Shown here one piece after another: positions 1-12,130 of a stretch of DNA of 50,742 nucleotides. The number at the start of each line of letters is the position of its first letter. Within the stretch, counting starts at the first letter, position 1. Source of the DNA: Octopus sinensis (taxonomy: Eukaryota); the NCBI RefSeq assembly GCF_006345805.1, contig NW_021834358.1:1-50742 (forward strand), read 5' to 3'. Made by a program: the position numbers and the translations under genes. The notes under the pieces are model-generated. The model had not been told where the DNA came from, did no database searches, and was given only the letters and a program-made list of their open reading frames with translations.

Positions 1-529
1 GTGGAAAACCATTTTTGCATTCGCATCTAGCTACATACTTGTTCAAATGTAGCTCGAATTAAAAGCATTTCCTTTCAGGACCATCACGCCTTTATAACTA
101 CATGTTTAATGAAAACTTTCGTATAATTTTTTTTTCAGAGAAATGTGTGCTTGCAACGATTGAACTCATATTCTAGAGTGTTAAAGAAATAAAAGCAATA
201 ATAGAGACCACCCAACCCCTTAAGAAACTAAACACTCACTACTGGAATTTCTTTGATCATTAGGTTTACTCGATAAGGTTTGACGTCATCCAGCATCCTA
301 TTTTCTGAACGCATGTTCAATACGAGGTCAACCGACGAATTGATTAAATGTTGAATATAAAGAAATACAAAAGAGACATAATTATGAGTTTTACTCTAGA
401 TTTACTTTAACCTGCTGAAAATGGACAGCATGATAATGCTAACTGTAATCCTTATGGCCCCTGACAGGGCCTATCTGTAAAGGGAATAATAATAAACATT
501 TATCATTCATTTCTTTTTTTTTTTTTAAT

Positions 530-1425
530 ACCTAAACGGTACCAACTTATTTACAAGATTAGTACACGACGAGTGATTAATAGGGGCTTCCCTAATTTTA
601 CCAGCGATAATAATAACAACAATTAAAAGTCTTTTGGAAAGATTGCTTCAATGAACTTTCTGCATTTATTTCCCCTTGGATGCTTGAGAAAACTTTTGCC
701 AACCATTGATTTTTAACGACGTAAGGGGTGATTACTGTAGACCATAAATCTTTTTCAAAAGACTTAAAGAAGATTTATAGTTCTTTATATCTGCAGTAGT
801 TTGAATGTCCATAGATTTACTTTTCCATCAATAATCGTGATTTTGACCAAGAGGCTTTCTCCAACGATGCTTTTTTTTTCTTTCTTTCTGTTTTCATATT
901 TTCTTTCAAGGACTTTATGGCTGCAGTGTTTTTCATGTCGACGATGTAATGTTACGTGTAATAATATCTTAAAACAGCTTTAGCTTGGCACACAAAATCA
1001 CATAGGTTCTTCATATAAATTTTATATATTCCACTATCCGTATACGGGAGAAGGTGTTCCAAGACGGAGATGCATAATATCCGTCATTGGAAACTTAGAC
1101 CAAAGAAATTTGACTTCATTAACGCTCCTGTCACTGACAACATTTAATCTGCCGCTAACAATAAACTGAAACATTAGATTTCTCTTTGAGAACTAACATA
1201 AACTAAGACTGATTTGGTTTCACTAGTAGTATATTTTTTTTCTTATATAATTCCTGCTTATCCCCTATAATTGGATTACCAAAACTTTTAGATACCAGAG
1301 CCGGATTAAGACCTAATACTGGTTTATCACAACCCAACAATTGGAGTCACTTCGCTGCATACATCGTCTCACTGACGAAATATTACGATAGTTCTGACAA
1401 AATATGTCTTATATGTAATAATAGA
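530..1425 (-). mobile_element. Heavily decayed RTE-clade LINE ORF2 fragment (end of APE endonuclease and EN-RT linker)
   Basis: Hand translation of the minus strand across frameshifts and stops gives MQRSDSNCW..D (cf. RTE MRGADCWTDH), KNTAAIKSL, DY*WKSKSMDIQTTADIKNYKSSLSLLKKIYG (cf. WW..KA.EIQ..AD..N.K.FY..LK.IYG) and H*SNLSK (cf. HFSNLLN), in the expected order. Boundaries approximate. Confidence 0.6.
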
Positions 1426-1464
1426 TTCAGAATTCATTTCCCTTCCAAACCATCATCTGTACAA

Positions 1465-1616
1465 GGAGACGCAATAGCCCAGTGGTTAGGGCAGCTGTTC
1501 GCGATCATAGGATCGCGGTTTCGATTCCCAGTCCGGGCGTTGTGAGTTTTATTGAGCGAAAAACACTTAAAGCTCCACGAGGGCGATGGCGAACCCTGCT
1601 GTACTCTTTCACCACC

Positions 1617-1676
<60 letters not shown>

Positions 1677-1870
1677 CCTGTTTCTGTTGCACCTGTATTT
1701 CAAAGGGTCAGCTTTGTCACACTATGTGTCACGCTGAATCTCCCCGAGAACTACGCTAAGGACACACGTGTCAGTGACGTCCTCAGCCACTTTCACGTTA
1801 ATTTCACGTGCAGGCTGTTCTGTTGATTGGACCAACTGGAACTCTCGTTGTCGTAACCAGTGGAGTGCCG
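1465..1870 (+). mobile_element. tRNA-derived SINE, full length (family-3 head plus family-4 tail, internal (TC)n)
   Basis: A-box TAGCCCAGTGG at 1475-1485, B-box GGTTTCGATTCC at 1517-1528. Head matches 11201, 19486 and 34658; 3' half matches the reverse complement of 5499-5680 and 35788-35945. Confidence 0.85.
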
Positions 1871-2006
1871 TAATTAATCTGTATGTCAAACACGTATATC
1901 CAGACCAACCTCATCGGCTGGTCACACCTATATCTTCGAAAATTCAGCAGCAAAAATAAAGGGAGCTCTCTACGCTCGCAGCCTTCTAATATGACGATTG
2001 ACTTAA

Positions 2007-2217
2007 CCCGTTAGCATTCAGATTACTGTGTCAAATCTAATGTTTATTTATTCTCATTGTTTTAAATTAGTCATGTATTGTCAGGTAGTTTTGACAATAA
2101 TAAACGATTGTTTATTATAAGAATGACATTGTAGGTAGGTGTGACATGCCAGATCTGGCCCATTTGAATATGGGTAGAATACTTGAGTCGGATATGGCCG
2201 GTTTCAATGCTAATGGG
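2007..2217. mobile_element. piggyBac-type MITE
   Basis: TTAA at 2003-2006 and 2218-2221; termini CCCGTTAGCATT / AATGCTAATGGG (11/12 inverted match); CCC..GGG ends. Confidence 0.8.
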
Positions 2218-2537
2218 TTAAGCAACTAAGAATTACTCTTGCAGTGAAATTGTATGTCTGTAAGTTTAGCAAAAACGAAACCTTGAGGCCTATGAAAATT
2301 TTACGGTAGCTTGTTATGAAGCGTTTCCAAGGAATTGTCAATGACTGACTCACATAAGTGAAGTGTGACGAAAATGTTTACCGGTCTGGAAGTAGACGAA
2401 TAATATATTTAACAAAGTATATGATTTTAAATAGCGAAAATCGCTTTTCTATGGAGTAAAACCTACGTATATGCATGGGCGCGTTTATGAATGTGTGTAT
2501 GCGTTTATAAATGTGTGTATGTGTCTATGTGTGCTAT

Positions 2538-2580
2538 GTATATATATATATATATATATATAAACCATATATATATATAA

Positions 2581-2615
<35 letters not shown>

Positions 2616-2627
2616 AAACACACCCAC

Positions 2628-2664
<37 letters not shown>

Positions 2665-2716
2665 ATATATATTAAACACAAACACCACATATATATACAC
2701 ACACACACACACACAT

Positions 2717-2770
<54 letters not shown>
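2538..2770. repeat. Compound (TA)n/(CA)n/(GA)n microsatellite
   Basis: Direct reading. Confidence 0.95.
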
Positions 2771-2778
<8 letters not shown>

Positions 2779-3376
2779 ATGAGAGACAGAAGATGGAAGA
2801 TACGAGAGTTTTTATTGATCACTACACTTGTTTCGACCCATTTAGCATCAATCCCTCACGAGTGGGATATTTAACAACTGGTTTAGAAGCATCCGACGAT
2901 GTAGATGTGTCTTTTCGCGCGGTAAATATAAATATCAATCGTTAAAATAACATTTCTGCAAAGTATTTTTAAATTCACATAACTATGTATGTATGAACAT
3001 ATGTATATATATGTGTGTGTGTGTGGTTGTGTGTGTATGTACGTATGTGTCTATGTATGTATAGACGCCTCAGTAATAAAACGAAAGAAAAGAACACGCA
3101 ACGTAGTTGAGAGGAGTTATATATATATAAATATGTTATTATTTAAAACATTTTGATTCGCTTCAAAGGGACTTAAAGTTTCACAGACTTCTTACAGAAA
3201 CCTAGCTTGTTCAGACTCAATGTCAGTAATCTGATCCTGAACTAGGTAGGATTCTGTTAGAAGCCTGCGAAACTTTTAGTCGCTTAGAGCAGAATCAAAC
3301 TGTTTTTTTTTAATAACAATAAAAAAGAGGAGAATAAGAAGAAAATATGTGCATCTATTTATATATATGTATAGCT

Positions 3377-3513
3377 TGGTTCCGGGTTCAGTTCCATTGC
3401 GTGGCAACTTGTGCAAGTGTCTTCAACTATAGCCTCGGGCCGACCAAAGCCTTTGTGAGTGGATTTGGTAGACGGAAACTGAAAGAAGCCCGTCATATAC
3501 ATGTATATGTATG

Positions 3514-3593
<80 letters not shown>

Positions 3594-3802
3594 TTCGTCT
3601 GTTTTGTCCCCCACTCCCAACATCACTTGACAACCGATGCTGGTGTGTTTACGTCCCCGTAACTTAGCGGTTCAGCAAAGGAGACCGATAGAATAAGTAC
3701 TAGGCTTACAAAGAATAAGTCCTGGGGTCGATTTGCTCGACTCAAGGCGATGCTCCAGCATGGCCACAATCAAATGACTGAAACAAGTAAAAGAGTAAAA
3801 GA

Positions 3803-3803
<1 letters not shown>
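3377..3803 (+). mobile_element. tRNA-derived SINE family 2, 5'-truncated, internal (TA)/(TG) tract
   Basis: Colinear with 18975-19460, 35284-35675 and the reverse complement of 31211-31614; ends CCAGCATGGCC..GACTGAAACAAGTAAAAGAG. Confidence 0.9.
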
Positions 3804-3894
<91 letters not shown>

Positions 3895-4020
3895 GTGCGT
3901 ATATATGTGTATATATGTATGTATATGTATGTGTGTATTCATACTTACACAAACGTGTGTATATATATATACATACAAACATATACGCATGCACGCACAC
4001 ACACACATACACACATATGA
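3804..4020. repeat. (TA)n/(TACA)n/(TG)/(CA) compound microsatellite
   Basis: Direct reading. Confidence 0.95.
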
Positions 4021-4646
4021 GCGTATATGTGTAAGCAAGACTGTACGGGATTTGTTGCATTAATACTTCGTTATTTATATCAAACATTATTAGCTCTTGT
4101 TAAATTGCCACATATAAACTTCTGTATTCATCCGCACAACCCATCTACAGACAATAGTTTTCCTACACACAAGAGGATCGAGCATTTTAATCACTTTACA
4201 CTGTCTTGTTTACATTAATCATAATGACAATTGAGCATTTGGGATTTATAGTGCAAGTAACTCTTACATTTTCATAGAGTTAACCCCTCAGCACAGCAAG
4301 AACGAAAACTGGTTTATAAAATATGGTCCTCTTAATCTAAAGATTCCATCTGTTTATGCCGTTAATGCTGGTTGTTGTATGTTGTAGAATGCTTTATTTT
4401 TCGTATCCTGAATCCGTCTCCGTTATTACGGACTTTTCAACCTTTTTCTATATCCACACGTTTTGCAAAATAATTAATCCCTTAAAATCTTTATTTTTTT
4501 AGTATTACATGTACTGATTTCATACTTTAGCACTAGGCCAACAAATTCAGAGCTGGGGGTAACTCGATTATATCAACCCCAGTGCTCACTAGCACCTTTC
4601 TTATCGACCACATTGGACGGATATGTGTACTCATCTTGTTTGTTGT

Positions 4647-4696
4647 TAGCACAAGATTTCGGCTGGTTTACTCTTCAGCCTTCATCAGGTGTCCTA
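4647..4696 (-). ncRNA. Minimal type I hammerhead ribozyme motif (Penelope-like element type)
   Basis: Minus strand reads TAGGACAC-CTGATGA-A-GGCTG(AAGAGTAAAC)CAGCC-GAAA-TCTT-GTGCTA: intact core, 5-bp stem II, stem I of 3+3 bp with a 2-nt bulge; stem III is degenerate. Confidence 0.7.
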
Positions 4697-4738
4697 ATGG
4701 AATTTTGAACCCAGTTCTCATTCTTAAAGTGTTTTTGA

Positions 4739-4769
<31 letters not shown>

Positions 4770-4900
4770 GTTATTATTATTATTATTCGACTGAAATTCT
4801 ATTTGTTCGTTTCACTTTCCTTTTTAATATTTTATCTGGCAATTATATTTATTATATTTCTCTCTCTACATTCACACACACGGATTCACAGACACGCATG

Positions 4901-4957
<57 letters not shown>

Positions 4958-5020
4958 TATCATCATCATCATCATCATTTACTCAAATCACTGCCTGGAA
5001 TTGAAATCGGAAATTCCACC

Positions 5021-5091
5021 AGGCTGCAGAGTAAATCAGCCGAAACCTTGTGATAACAACAAACAAAATGGGGACACATATCCGACCAATG
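5021..5091 (+). repeat. Inverted copy of 4611-4681 with the hammerhead CTGATGA core deleted
   Basis: About 8 mismatches in 71 bp against the reverse complement of 4611-4681; stem II and GAAAC are retained. Confidence 0.9.
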
Positions 5092-5354
5092 TAAATAATG
5101 TATACAATTCCTCATCTCTAAAATATAAAACATTATTTCGTTTCTTCCAGACCCATTGAAAATAATTGCGAGACCCAACGTGGGTCGGGACTGTACGTTG
5201 GAGAACTATCGTGAACACTGAGACCGACACTGATATTAAAATAAAAATGTTAAACGATTGTGGTATGCAGGTTAGTGGCTCCAGTTCACTATAGCTACAG
5301 GATTGGTTGAGTACACAAGCAAACTGGCTGCTTATTTTCGGGGGATTGATCAAA

Positions 5355-5415
5355 CGATGTAGATACCCCTGATGAGAGCACAATAAATTCCGAAAATCTC
5401 TTAAGGCTGCGCATC
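5355..5415 (+). ncRNA. Degenerate hammerhead-like motif
   Basis: CTGATGA at 5369-5375 and GAAA at 5392-5395; outer pairing CGATG/CATCG; stems II and III are poor. Confidence 0.35.
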
Positions 5416-5498
5416 GTTTTTCTTTCTTTTTTAATCAACAGAGAAATAGTTAAGTTTCCCCTGTTTATATATCTGCTTCATAGATCATATAACTAACA

Positions 5499-5812
5499 GG
5501 TACTCCGTCGGTCACGACGACGAGTGTCCCAGTTAATCGGACCAAAGGAACAGCCTACTCGTGAAATTAACATGTAAAGTTACTCAACAGACACAGGTAA
5601 CCAAGACTTGGGTATCGAGAAGACTTAAATTGTCAAAGAATGTGGCAAGGATGGCCCATTAAAATACAGGTAGAACTCCTTTTTTCCAACTGGGTGGAGT
5701 GGAGTGGAACACCGTGAAATAAAGTGTCTTGCTCAAGGCCCAAATGCACTGACTGGAATGAAAGTCACAAAGTTACTATCGTAAACCGAATACCGTCACA
5801 ACGCGCCTTCAC
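5499..5812 (-). mobile_element. tRNA-derived SINE family 4 (decayed)
   Basis: Colinear with 35788-36085; contains the CCTTGAGCAAGACACTTTA domain on the minus strand. Confidence 0.75.
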
Positions 5813-5891
5813 ACACATATTTACACACACACACACATACATACATACACACGCAGACATACACGCACACACACGCATATATATATATATC

Positions 5892-6125
5892 TATTTCTTT
5901 ACTACCCACAAGGCGCTAAATACAGAGGGGACAAACAAGGACAGACAAAGGGATTAAGTCGATTACATCGACTCCAGTGCGTAACTGGTACTTAATTTAT
6001 CGACCCCGAAAGGATGAAAGGCAAAGTCGACCTCGGCGGAATTTGAACTCAGAACGTAACGGCAGACGAAATATGGCTACGTATTTCGCCCGGCGTGCTA
6101 ACATTTCTGCCAGCTCGTCGCCTTC
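5892..6125 (-). mobile_element. tRNA-derived SINE family 1 (tail B)
   Basis: Head GGCGACGAGCTGGCAG, B-box GAGTTCAAATTCC, core CCTTTCATCCTTTCGGGGTCGAT; flanked by ATATATATATC at 5881-5891 and 6129-6139. Confidence 0.92.
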
Positions 6126-7124
6126 ATAATATATATATCAGGGTGTTTTGGGATATGTGTTTGTCGCACCATACCACTTGACAACAGGTGTTTTTCATCC
6201 TTTGTTAAGTACGCTTAAACCTCAAGTGTTTCTTAGAGTTATTAATTACAAGCAAAATATTATATATAACACAGATAAAATTTTGTGTCGGTTTCTCTTT
6301 CATCTTGTTACATAATGAAATATGCAACTGAGCTGAGAATTTTCGTTATATCATATTTTGACAAACAGATTTTTAATGAAATTTTAATAAATGACGTGGA
6401 ATTTGTTCGGTTGTCGAAGAAGGTGGTTAGCTAGTTTGTTAGTTAGCAGGGTACACAGTAAACATTGCGTTATTATTTCCAAACAACTTCTCGAAATTAG
6501 CCGTTAGTGATGTAAACCATTAGAAAAATTATAAAATAAAATGGCGCTAGTTGAGAAAATATTTGTAAAGTCACATCGAAGAAATAAACAAAAAAAAACG
6601 GTCTAAATATTTGAAATTCAACTTTATTCAGATAAACTGTCCATCATCGCTTTCTTAATAAAACAAACACGATGGAATGGGGGAAGGGTGGAAAAAATAA
6701 ACATTCACATCTCTGGAGTTATCCAGAAAATTTTCAAAACCAACTTCAGTCTCAAAAGACAGGGAATGATTTCAAAAGAATGCTTTTAATTGGAAAAAGG
6801 TAGTGAACTTCACATCCAAAGAATCACTTGTGTATCACATACGCTGAAATCGCTTGACAATCATCGACTAATCAACTTACATTTAAACATTATATTTTAT
6901 TTTTTTTTTTATTTTTCATTTCTCTTTAGAAATATTTTGAATGGATAGTTTGTCAGCCAGTCACAAGATGGCGTTGATGTTGACGTTTCTCTTACTTGAT
7001 TGGTTATTTCTATAAAAGTGGTTCTTGTAAAGATTTTGTGGAGCAGTTGCTCTTATCACAGATAGTTTTGACAACTAAGTTGACAAAATGGATACATGCT
7101 TCCATTAAAAATAAATAAATAAAT

Positions 7125-7139
7125 AATAAAATAATAATG

Positions 7140-7180
<41 letters not shown>

Positions 7181-7344
7181 AATAATGATAATAATAATAA
7201 TGATAATAATAATAATAATAATATAATAATAATAATAATATGATAATAAGAATAATAATAATAATAATGATAATAATAATAATAATAATATAAGTAATAA
7301 TAATAATAATAATCAATAATGTAAGAATATAATGATAATAATAT

Positions 7345-7382
<38 letters not shown>

Positions 7383-7420
7383 AATAAAATCAATAACAGC
7401 AACAATAATAATAATAATCT
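7125..7420. repeat. (AAT)n microsatellite
   Basis: Direct reading. Confidence 0.97.
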
Positions 7421-8639
7421 GAATTTATAAAATAATATTTTCTAACTTAAGGCAATTTTACATGTTCTTTGTGTATCGTTTGCTAGTTTGTTTTTGTTAC
7501 TGATTTTTTAAATTCATTATTTGTATTTTTTTTGTCACTGTGTTTACTTTAATATTCTTATTGAACTTAATAACGCTATTAATTTTTTGTGCGTTGCTTG
7601 TAGTCACACAATCGCTATAAGCTTTTTTATATTTTATTATTCCGCAAAAAATAAAACGTACTGTAAGTCAAGAAACATTATTCGTTTTTAAAATATAACG
7701 TTCTCAAAAACCGATTGTAAAGCAATTTTTTATTATTTCTTTTTTCTTTTCTTCTGGTTTTTTTTTTTTCTTTTTCTATTTTTCATATTATTTCTTACTT
7801 GAAATACTACCACATTAGCAGATTATCGAAAATCTTTTTGACAAACTTTTGCTGAATCGGGGAAAAATACTTATTTTCTAAATGAAAATTTTAAGTTCTG
7901 ATGTGAGATATGTAGGGGAAAATGTTGTAGCTGCAAACAAACAATCAACAAAAAAAACAACTAAATAACGTGCTAAACGTTACTTTCGTGGTAGTTTATT
8001 TCTTGTTCATTGTTGTTGATGATAATCATGATGATGATCGTGAGTTTGATAAGAGCGATGTTGTTGCTGTTGTTGTTGTTGTTGTTGTTTATCACACTTT
8101 CAGTTATTTCTACATGGAGTAGAAATTCAGAAATGTAGTTTGAACAACATAATCGATTTATTAAATAAGATAAAGTGTGATCTACTAAAGGCTGCAGGCC
8201 AAATACACAATGTATATGTTGAATGAAATTTCCCTCTTACTTAGTTGAACGAAAATGATAATCTGGCAACAATCGTTTACGAGTCTGAATGAAAAAGGAG
8301 ATAATTTCAAGAAATTAAGAGTTAAACTCATCAAGATCATTGACGTGTTTAGAAAAATAAAAGGCTGGTCTTTTTCTAGCAATCAAAGATAACTTTGGGC
8401 GTCTTTCAACCTATTCGATCTCATCAACCGTCTGCGAAAAGATTTTTTAGCAATTGATAAATTTTTTTTTTCTAATTATAATTATATTTTGTGTAATTAT
8501 TATAACCTGAATAACTATAAAGTAAAATGAACCAAGGAAAATAACTCAAATGAACCAGCTTAATAAGATACTAAGATATAGCAATGTTATTTTGTTTCAT
8601 TTTCATAGCTCGTGATGCATGCAAAACAACAAATATAAC

Positions 8640-8830
8640 AACCTTTCTGTCATAGGCACAAGGACTAAAATATTCGGGAAGAGAGCCAGGTAGATTAAAT
8701 CGAACCAGGGCTCGAATCGATTAAAAGCAAAATCGACAGCAACGGAAATTGAACTCAGAACTTAAAACCGGAACAAATGTCGCTAAGCATGTTTTCCGGC
8801 GTTCTAATGATTCGATCATTTCACTGCTGT
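8640..8830 (-). mobile_element. Decayed SINE family 1 copy
   Basis: Recognisable GGAAATTGAACTCAGAAC and GCTAAGCAT segments. Confidence 0.7.
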
Positions 8831-8849
8831 CAACAAGAAATATAATATC

Positions 8850-9082
8850 TACTTCTTTACTACCCACAAGGGACTAAACAGAGAGAGAACAAACAAGGAC
8901 AGACAGACATATTAAGTCGATTATATTAACCCCAGTGCGTAACTAGTACTTATTTAATCGACCCCGAAAGGATGAAAGGCAAAGTCGACCTCGGCGGAAT
9001 TTGAACTCAGAACGTAACGACAGACGAAATACGGCTACGCACTTCGCCCGGCGTGCTAACGGTTCTGCCAGCTCGCTGCCTT
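8850..9082 (-). mobile_element. SINE family 1 (tail B) with exact 18-bp TSD
   Basis: AACAAGAAATATAATATC at 8832-8849 and 9083-9100. Confidence 0.95.
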
Positions 9083-9232
9083 AACAAGAAATATAATATC
9101 GTATTATGAAAATCATCAATGATGTTATTTGTAAAGGCAGTGAATTAACAATATCCGAGTCGCTCTGCTCTGATTTCCAATTCCGCTGATGCCAATATCG
9201 TCTTCCATTCTTTGCGAATCAATAAAAATATA

Positions 9233-9445
9233 TTAGGTTGGTGCATAATTATTGCGGCTTCTTTTTTTTCAATAAATTTTATTCAAAAAAAAAAACAATA
9301 ACATCATTTAACAAAAACATCTTTAAATGATTATTTCGGAACATATTCACCATCTACTTGGCGTTTTGTTCAAATTTTTGTTGAATAAAATTTTTTGTTC
9401 AAATTTCTATTGAAAGAAAATCGCAATAATTATGCACCAACCTAA
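9233..9445. mobile_element. mariner-type MITE (Hsmar1/MADE1-like TIR)
   Basis: Perfect 24-bp TIR TTAGGTTGGTGCATAATTATTGCG; TA at 9231-9232 and 9446-9447. Confidence 0.92.
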
Positions 9446-9849
9446 TACCAATCCTGGGCGTTTAATTGGTAGAATCGTTAAGACGTCATACTGAGTGCCT
9501 TGTAGTATTTGTCCCGCCTCTTTATTCTCTGGATTCAAATCTCGCCATGGCCTACTTAGGTGGAAGACTTAATACATCATCCAGTTTAAATCTATCATCC
9601 TAGCACCTCGGATTCTTTTCATAGAATCCACGCTTTTTGTAAGCTTTCGGGCTATGTTTTCGCTTTGAGGATTCTGTCTTCGCTTCCACCAGTGTAAGGA
9701 GCCTTCCTTGCCTTCTGATAAAGAGAATAAAATGTCTTATGTGGACCGAGAATGTTTCTGCAAAGTCCAAACACAACTAATATGATATGAACTCCCACTC
9801 TATCTCTGTATACAGTTCGTAACATGTGGCTATAAAATATGATGTAGAT

Positions 9850-10334
9850 CACGTTCTCAGCCGGGGTCCATATGATCCTCCGAGGGTACATATGACCCGG
9901 GGGAATGCATGGTTAAACTTTATGTGTAATAAACTGGTTATATTTCTACGATATACAAAATATTTTTTTCTACTCTAGGCCTGAAATTTTGGGTGAGGGA
10001 GCCAGTCGATTATATCGACCCCAGTACGCAACTGGTACTTAACTTATCGACTCCGAAAGGATGAAAAGCAAAGTCGATCTCGGTAGAATTTGAACTCAGA
10101 ACTTAAAGACACGAAATACTGCTAAGCATTTCGCCCGGTGTGCTAACGTTTCTGCCAGCTCGCCGCCTTAATATACAAAAATATTTAAACGGTCTTATGC
10201 AATTCCTAATATTTCATCATAAATATATAATGGGAGTTGTTAGACATCGAATGATTCTGGGGAACCACTATCCTGGACCCTGAGTAAAATATAAATCAAA
10301 GGGTTCCATGGGCAAAACATAGCTGAGAATCACT
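9850..10334. mobile_element. Probable hAT-type MITE interrupted by a SINE
   Basis: Imperfect termini CACGTTCTCAGC / GCTGAGAATCACTG, and subterminal GGGGTCCATATG / GGGTTCCATGG typical of Charlie-like MITEs; no TSD found. Confidence 0.45.
9966..10170 (-). mobile_element. SINE family 1 (tail A) with TSD
   Basis: ATATACAAAATATTT at 9951-9965 and ATATACAAAAATATTT at 10171-10186. Confidence 0.92.
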
Positions 10335-10749
10335 GAAGAAGACAAAAACATTGAAATGATTTTGCGCTTGTGATGTGGAAATTCTTCAGAAGTGTTTGCC
10401 ACCACTACAGCGAATGTAATGTGCTTTAAAATCCGTCAGATTCGAATAAAGAAATAACGATGAGACAAAAAACAAACTCAAATGGTTTCCTTTCCCTGTC
10501 AAGTCATTTTATTTATCAAAGTGAGTTTAGATTTAGATAAATGAAAAAGTGATGTATGGAAAGCTGTAAGCAAAAAAGAATTAATTGAAAATTCTCTTTT
10601 GCCTGGAGAAAGTTAACAAAAAGCTTAGAGTCAAAGTCACTCCCGCCGCCAGAAATTTAGTAAACTAATGGCTGATCCACTGAAAAGCTGAAGCTAACGT
10701 CGCAATAATTCCAAAATTGCAAAATAATGTGTGTGTATGTGTGTGTGTC

Positions 10750-11165
10750 TTTTATTGTTTTAATTCTTTCCGTTATTTGACTGCGATCATGCTGGAGCAC
10801 GGGTTTTTGTAGTCGAACGTATCGGCCTCAGTACGTTCTTTTAAAGCCAGGTACTTCTCCGATCGGCCTCTTTTGTCGAAATGCTAAGCTACAAAGTTGT
10901 GAACAAGGCAACCCTGGTTGTCAAGTGGTTGGGGCAGGGCAAACAGAGACACATACACACGCGCGCACGCACAATCACACACACACATGCACACACAAAC
11001 AAACACACACAAACGCACGCACATACATGTACCTGACAAGATATTTTAGTTTTCGTCTACTAAATCCACTCACAGGGCTTTGACTGGACCGGGGCTATAG
11101 AAGAAGACACTTGCCCCCAGTATCACGTAGAGGGACTGAACCCAGGACCATTGGCTGGGAAGAAG
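10750..11165 (-). mobile_element. SINE family 2 (diverged)
   Basis: Colinear with 31211-31614. Confidence 0.85.
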
Positions 11166-11200
11166 ATCCACGCTATTTTAAAATATATATGTAACTTTGA

Positions 11201-11441
11201 GTGGATGCGCAATGGCCCAGTGGTTAGGGCAGCTGACTTGCGGTCGGAGGATCGCGGCAGGGGGGGGAGACCTCTGTTGTACTCTTTCGCCACAACTTTC
11301 TCTCACTCTCTCTTCCTGTTTTTTTTTAGTAAGGCTGCGATGGACTAGCGTCCCGTCCAGCTGGGGAGGGGGCACATACGCCACAGAAACCGGGAAACCG
11401 GCCCCATGAGCCTGGCTAGGCTTGAAAAGGGCGAGAAAAAA
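11201..11441 (+). mobile_element. SINE family 3 with 12-bp TSD
   Basis: A-box TGGCCCAGTGG; ATGTAACTTTGA at 11189-11200 and 11442-11453; colinear with 34658-34954. Confidence 0.9.
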
Positions 11442-12014
11442 ATGTAACTTTGAACTCACTATCAAGCTTTTCTATGTACAAGTTTGTAAAATTCTTTATC
11501 AATAAAGAATTACCTCATTTAAAAGCATTGAGTAAACTTTTAACGTTAAATTCTTTTTATAAATAACAAGCTTGACATAAAAATAAACAGCAGTTTGTGT
11601 TAGTATCCGCATGTGTGTAATAAAAACTTGACTCGGTTGTTCGATAGTTAGTAACATTCTGTCCCCTTCGTTGTAAGAATTATAAGGTTGCATTTAATTT
11701 AAAATTTATGCTCTAATTATTATGGTAAATTTGTATATTCCCATATACGTGTATACAGTTGTTATTGTGTACACTATACGTATGGTAACGGATTGGTGTA
11801 TAACGATATTTCCATGACACTGTATGCTTATTTGATACCGTATGTATGTTTACATTGATGCATACAGAATGGCATTAATCAGCGAAGACATACACAAACA
11901 TATATGTAACAGTGCGCGCGCGTGTGTGTGATCAATATTGTCTTTCTGGGCGTTTAAGTACCACATACCTTTGCCAATATATTTCACCTGTCAGATTCTA
12001 TTTTAGAACACTCA

Positions 12015-12130
12015 AACTGACTTCCGGTTGGCATCCACTTCCTGTTTATTGTCTTCAACTCATTTCATCTCTCTTTCGTTAGTTTTCTTATTCTTGCCCT
12101 CTCACAGTACCACCACCACCGCCATCAACA
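12015..12130. promoter_or_regulatory. Possible promoter-like motif cluster (two ETS-type ACTTCC(G/T)G sites and a CCGCCAT)
   Basis: ACTTCCGG at about 12021 and ACTTCCTG at about 12037, ahead of a CpG-enriched non-repetitive stretch; no transcript evidence. Confidence 0.2.

Noticed and set aside
1057-1092. 12-bp hairpin TTCCAAGACGGA/TCCGTC(A)TTGGAA
   Set aside because: It lies inside the decayed RTE ORF and is likely coincidental.
3237-3280. Hammerhead-like CTGA..GTAGG/CCTGC..GAAAC
   Set aside because: Stem II is good but the core reads CTGAACTA, not CTGANGA, and there is no stem I.
8100-8400. Protein-like short frames after a TTTCAG acceptor
   Set aside because: Frames end within about 45 codons, with no good donor and no motif.
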